Positions 22,943 to 26,943 of a stretch of 26,943 bases of DNA are shown here, one piece after another. The position numbers and the translations under genes were made by a program. The notes below the pieces were generated by a model. That model worked only from the letters and a program-made list of their open reading frames with translations, was not told the origin of the DNA and did not search any database. Each line of letters begins with the position of its first letter. Positions within the stretch are counted from its first letter, which is position 1. Source of the DNA: Octopus sinensis. Its lineage: Eukaryota. Where the stretch lies: contig NW_021834111.1 of assembly GCF_006345805.1 (NCBI RefSeq), forward strand, positions 1-26,943. Reading direction: 5' to 3'.

Positions 22943-23205
22943 GTGAGGGCTATCGGCAAAGAACTTCAGATGTCGGAGCGGACTATCAGAACTGTTGTGC
23001 ACGAGGACAGTTAAAAAGATTACAAACCCTCATGAATATGACATGCTTTGGTTTATTGTCTGACCAGAGAAACTTCGACCAAAGCCAAAAGTTTAAGAGG
23101 AGAAATGACAGATGATTTTATGCAGATCGTTCCGATGTCCCCAGAGTGATGCCTACTAAGTTTCCATCAAATGTGATGCTTTTAGGAGTGGTGAGTAACG
23201 AAGAT
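22943..23205 (+). mobile_element. Second Tc1/mariner-superfamily transposase remnant (HTH plus first catalytic Asp region)
   Basis: 22943-23008 VRAIGKELQMSERTIRTVVHED; 23059-23205 SDQRNFDQSQKFKRRNDR*FYADRSDVPRVMPTKFPSNVMLLGVVSNED; frameshift/deletion between the segments and one stop. Confidence 0.85.
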
Positions 23206-23229
23206 CCTTTCATGATAGAAATTTGAAAG

Positions 23230-23446
23230 TAGTCTTTTCTACTCTAGGCAGAAGGTCCGAAATTTTGGGGGAGGAGACCAGTCGATTAGCTCGATTCCAG
23301 TACGCAACTAGTACTTAATTTATCGACCCCGAAAGGATGAAAGGCAAAGTCGACTTCGGCGGAATTTGAACTCAGAACGTAAAAACAGACAAAATACAGC
23401 TAAGCATTTCGTCCGGCGTGCTAACGATTCTGCCAGCTCGCCGTCT
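23230..23446 (-). mobile_element. SINE family A, monomeric copy with perfect TSD
   Basis: 14-bp TSD TAGAAATTTGAAAG at 23216-23229 and 23447-23460. Confidence 0.93.
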
Positions 23447-23479
23447 TAGAAATTTGAAAGCATTATTAGTCATTGATAA

Positions 23480-23692
23480 GGTGGCAAGCTGGCAGAATCG
23501 CTTGCAAGCTTGGCGGCAACATTCATAACGTCATTTCTTCCGTCTTCGTGTTCTGAGCTCAAGGTCAATTTTGCTTTTCATCCTTTCGAGTGTGATAAAA
23601 TAACCACCAGTTGAGCGCTGAGATCGATATAATCTACCGACTTACCCCAATTCCTTAAATTTCTGGCCTTGTGCCAAAATTTGAAACCATTG
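23480..23692 (+). mobile_element. SINE family A, older monomeric copy with TSD
   Basis: 14-bp TSD TTAGT(C/T)ATTGATAA at 23466-23479 and 23693-23706. Confidence 0.85.
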
Positions 23693-24306
23693 TTAGTTAT
23701 TGATAAAACTGTTTGTTTCTTTCACCATACTTATTTCTAGTTAACCTTTTAATACTAATCGTTATCAAACTTGTTAACGTTGATATTATTTATCAAATAT
23801 GATTGCTATATATTAAAAAAATTGACCCAGTCAAAGGACCCATCTTTTGAGCGTATGATACATTTGAATTCTCGCTGGAGTGCCCTTCATTCATTGAGTT
23901 TCTTCTACGGGAAGCACCTACATTAAAGTAATAGGCAAACCCGTAATTCGTAAGCTATGTTAGATGTGCTGGGTGAACAAAACTCAACCTTCCCATATGG
24001 TTAATGGTGAAATATAATACTAACGAATTATACCATTTCACTGATGGTGCAGCTGGTGCCATCCTCATGACAAACAGACTACTCACTTATCAATTCCAAT
24101 TCACAGTTTAAAAAAAAAAAACATATTTCTCATAATTACAGATTTGTTCTTTTTTTTTGAGTGAATTGGAAAAGTCGTTAGGATGTCGGATAGGATTTTT
24201 TACAGCATCTGTTTCGGGCCCCCTGTCCCTGAGTTCGAATCCTGTAGAGGTTAACTTTCTCTCTTACTCTCTCGTTTTCGCGGTGTTAGCGATATAAAGT
24301 ACCAAT

Positions 24307-24427
24307 TTCTTCTTCTTCTTCTTCTTCTTCTTCTTCTTCTTCTTCTTCTTCTTCTTCTTCTTCTTTCTCCTTCTCCTCCTCCTCCTCCTCCTCCTCCTCC
24401 TCCTCCTTCTTTTTCTTCTTCTTCTTC
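24307..24427. repeat. (CTT)n/(CTC)n polypyrimidine tract
   Basis: Directly visible; source of the spurious poly-Glu ORF. Confidence 0.96.
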
Positions 24428-24565
24428 AGTCTACCAAATCCACTCACATAGCTTTGGTCGGCCCGACCCGGCGCTATAGCAGAAGACACTTGTCCAAGGA
24501 TTGAACCTGGAATGGAACTCCGTAGATGGGAAGCACATTGCTTACCACAAACCCACACCTGAGCC
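24425..24565 (-). mobile_element. SINE family B 5' part
   Basis: GTCTACCAAATCCACTCACA..GCTTTGGTCGGCCCG..CTATAGCAGAAGACACTTG.CCAAGG. Confidence 0.85.
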
Positions 24566-25075
24566 TATATTATTTTCTTCCTAGGTTTTAACTTTTAAAA
24601 CAGATGTTTGTGTAACTTCCCTTGCGAAGCGCACCAGTGACATTTTTTATTTGATCTTTAGCGCTCCATGAAGTCAAAAGGACTGAGAAGCAGCGGTCTA
24701 CTAAACCGGACCAGTTAATAGATCAGTTAGTTCACTAGCCTGGGGTTTACTAACGTCTACTTTAACGTCTTCCATTGTGCAATTAAGTATAAAGCGGAAA
24801 TTGAAAAACTGAAACAAAATTAAGAATAAGCTGTCACACACAAACACATACGCGCGCACACCCGCATATACGACGCACACACATACACAAACACACGCAG
24901 ATCTAAGCCAACAAAGGCAGATGAATAAAGAAGCTAGCAAGAATCAGTCTTTTCTGGAATCTATTACCTCTTCAGACTCCCCATCCCATTCATCATTTTA
25001 TATACAACAATTCATCCTGAACAACAGCTGCATTAACTTTTCCCTTACTTATCTTTATCCAGCAGACCTGAGAAA

Positions 25076-25112
25076 TTATATATATATATACATATACATA
25101 CATATATATATA

Positions 25113-25185
<73 letters not shown>

Positions 25186-25233
25186 GTAATATTATATATG
25201 TATATATATATAATGTATATATATATATATTGT

Positions 25234-25318
<85 letters not shown>

Positions 25319-25332
25319 TTATGTGTGTGTGT
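25076..25332. repeat. Long (TA)n-rich microsatellite
   Basis: Directly visible. Confidence 0.95.
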
Positions 25333-25700
25333 ATGGATGGGTATGACAAGTCAGCTAAGCTTACGTACACTCCTGCACAAGAGGAAATAGAATCGTTCTG
25401 GAAAATAAACCAGACAAAAAAAGATGCAGGGATGGAGTAGGGACTAACGAAGGATTCAGAACTTAACTAAACATGCTCTGAGCCAAATACGGTGGAAACG
25501 TTACGTCAAAGACCTACAGCATTGATAATGACGATTTCAAGACTGAACTCGTAAATAAAATAAAGGAACATAAAATAAAATAAAATGAAATAAAATAAAT
25601 AAATAAAAATTCTGCAATTTGGATGTCACCTGGAAGAGATTTGTTGTTAGGAAGGAACTCCTGCAAAGCAGAAATTTCTACAGAATGCTCATCTTTGAAT
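25333..25700 (+). mobile_element. Decayed non-LTR retrotransposon fragment (R4/Dong-like, region upstream of the RT)
   Basis: [12 protein letters not shown], then frameshifted KKDAGW, then SAIWMSPGRD, resembling P..EE...FW..IW...N..A.W and NWKSPG.D. Confidence 0.55.
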
Positions 25701-25714
25701 TATACTAGAATCTG

Positions 25715-25715
<1 letters not shown>

Positions 25716-25748
<33 letters not shown>

Positions 25749-25892
25749 CTATATATAATTATATATATATATATATATTATATATATATATATATATTAT
25801 GTATGTAGTATGTATTTATGTATGTATGTATGTATGTATATAGTATCTACATATATATATATATTATATATATATATATATATAATGAATGT

Positions 25893-25943
<51 letters not shown>

Positions 25944-25950
25944 GTGTGTG
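25716..25950. repeat. (TA)n/(TATG)n microsatellite region
   Basis: Directly visible. Confidence 0.95.
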
Positions 25951-26512
25951 TTGTGTATAAACCAACATGTTTGATAATCAAACAAGTTGATATTGGAATT
26001 GAGGAAACTTAATCTAGACTCATAATGATTAATGAGATATCGAAAAGACAGCAGGTCAAGTATCGTGTCAGATTATTACGTACAAACAAGCTCCAAACAG
26101 CTGCCGGGGAAAGTTATATATTTGTTGCTGGTGTTTAAAAATAAAAAAATAAAAGAAAGAAGTTGTGAAGTTTACTCTACAACTGTATAAATAAACAAGC
26201 GAATGGGTGAATACAGAACAGTTTAGAGAGAATAACAAGTTGATCGGTGTTGTTGAGACAAAATGGCCGAGTGGATAAGGTACAGGATTTCAGGTCATAA
26301 ACTCAAAAAGTTGATGCACGTGTTTTAGATGTTCGTGTTGTGTGTTGTCTCAGAAGTCCATCAAATGACTCATCTTCCTTAAAACTGATGCATGTGTTTC
26401 ACATATCCTTCACAAATTGCGTCAGTGTTTTCTGAGAACATTGTAAGACCTATTAGAAATATTGAATTTCTAAATGTCTCAGAGAGACATGAGCGATGGT
26501 GGGGCGATAGAG

Positions 26513-26879
26513 TGGTTGTATACTGTCAACTCAACGTGACAGTCCCGCAAAGGGAATCACAGCACCGCTATTTAGCCCTAGGCAAGCATCGACGCTTCCT
26601 GTCGGCTTTGACGCATTTCCTGTGTCCTTATATTTGCAAAGGGGCGGCAAGCACCCCCACCAGCTGGGATTAGCACCTGAAGACATGCAAGACTCAGAAA
26701 CATGCATGGTTTCAGGTGCTAATCCTAGCTGGCAGGGGTGCTTGCCTCCCCTTTGCAAATGTAAGGACACAGGAAATGCGTCAAAGCCGACAGGAAGCGT
26801 CGATGCTTGCCTAGGGCTAAATAGCAGTGGTGTAATTCCCTTTGCGGGACTGTCACGTTGAGTTGACAGTATACAACCA
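26513..26879. repeat. Long near-perfect inverted repeat (177-bp arms, 13-nt loop)
   Basis: 26513-26689 versus reverse complement of 26703-26879: 10 mismatches, no indels; loop AGACTCAGAAACA. Confidence 0.97.
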
Positions 26880-26943
26880 TTATATTGTAAGACATGTTTT
26901 TCAAAAATCGAGAGCAAATTGAACTACATCAAACATCCATGGT

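Noticed and set aside
24286-24558. Poly-Glu ORF
   Set aside because: (CTT/CTC)n tract joined to SINE sequence.
22157-25034. 15-nt exact repeat AACAACAGCTGCATT at 22157 and 25020
   Set aside because: Flanks do not align; chance or an unresolved old repeat.
26678-26720. CTGAAGA...GAAAC as a functional hammerhead
   Set aside because: No stem II closing before GAAAC and no NUH triplet in register with stem I.
26531-26917. Near-identical ORFs on opposite strands (128 aa and 79 aa)
   Set aside because: A consequence of the inverted repeat; no recognisable domain.
1-26943. CRISPR array or prokaryotic operon
   Set aside because: Repeats are dispersed SINEs and microsatellites, not regularly spaced repeat-spacer units; coding density is near zero.

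Overview
AT-rich, repeat-dense eukaryotic DNA with no intact, recognisable protein-coding gene; most ORF-track entries are translations of microsatellites or SINEs. The SINE families match, from recall and not from a database search, the tRNA-derived SINEs of octopus genomes, so this is probably intronic or intergenic Octopus DNA. The window holds many full or partial copies of about four SINE families (several with target-site duplications), decayed fragments of two Tc1/mariner transposases, an RTE-like LINE endonuclease, an R4/Dong-like LINE region and long microsatellites. Most interesting: (1) a minimal type-I hammerhead ribozyme of the Penelope-like-element kind at 12063-12116, with a diverged inverted sister copy and a possible GIY-YIG C-terminal remnant; (2) a 367-bp fold-back with 177-bp arms, 10 mismatches and no indels at 26513-26879; (3) a fold-back element with a tRNA-like core at 4051-4322; (4) a nested GC-rich palindrome at 7286-7337. 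Three low-confidence exon candidates are also noted.
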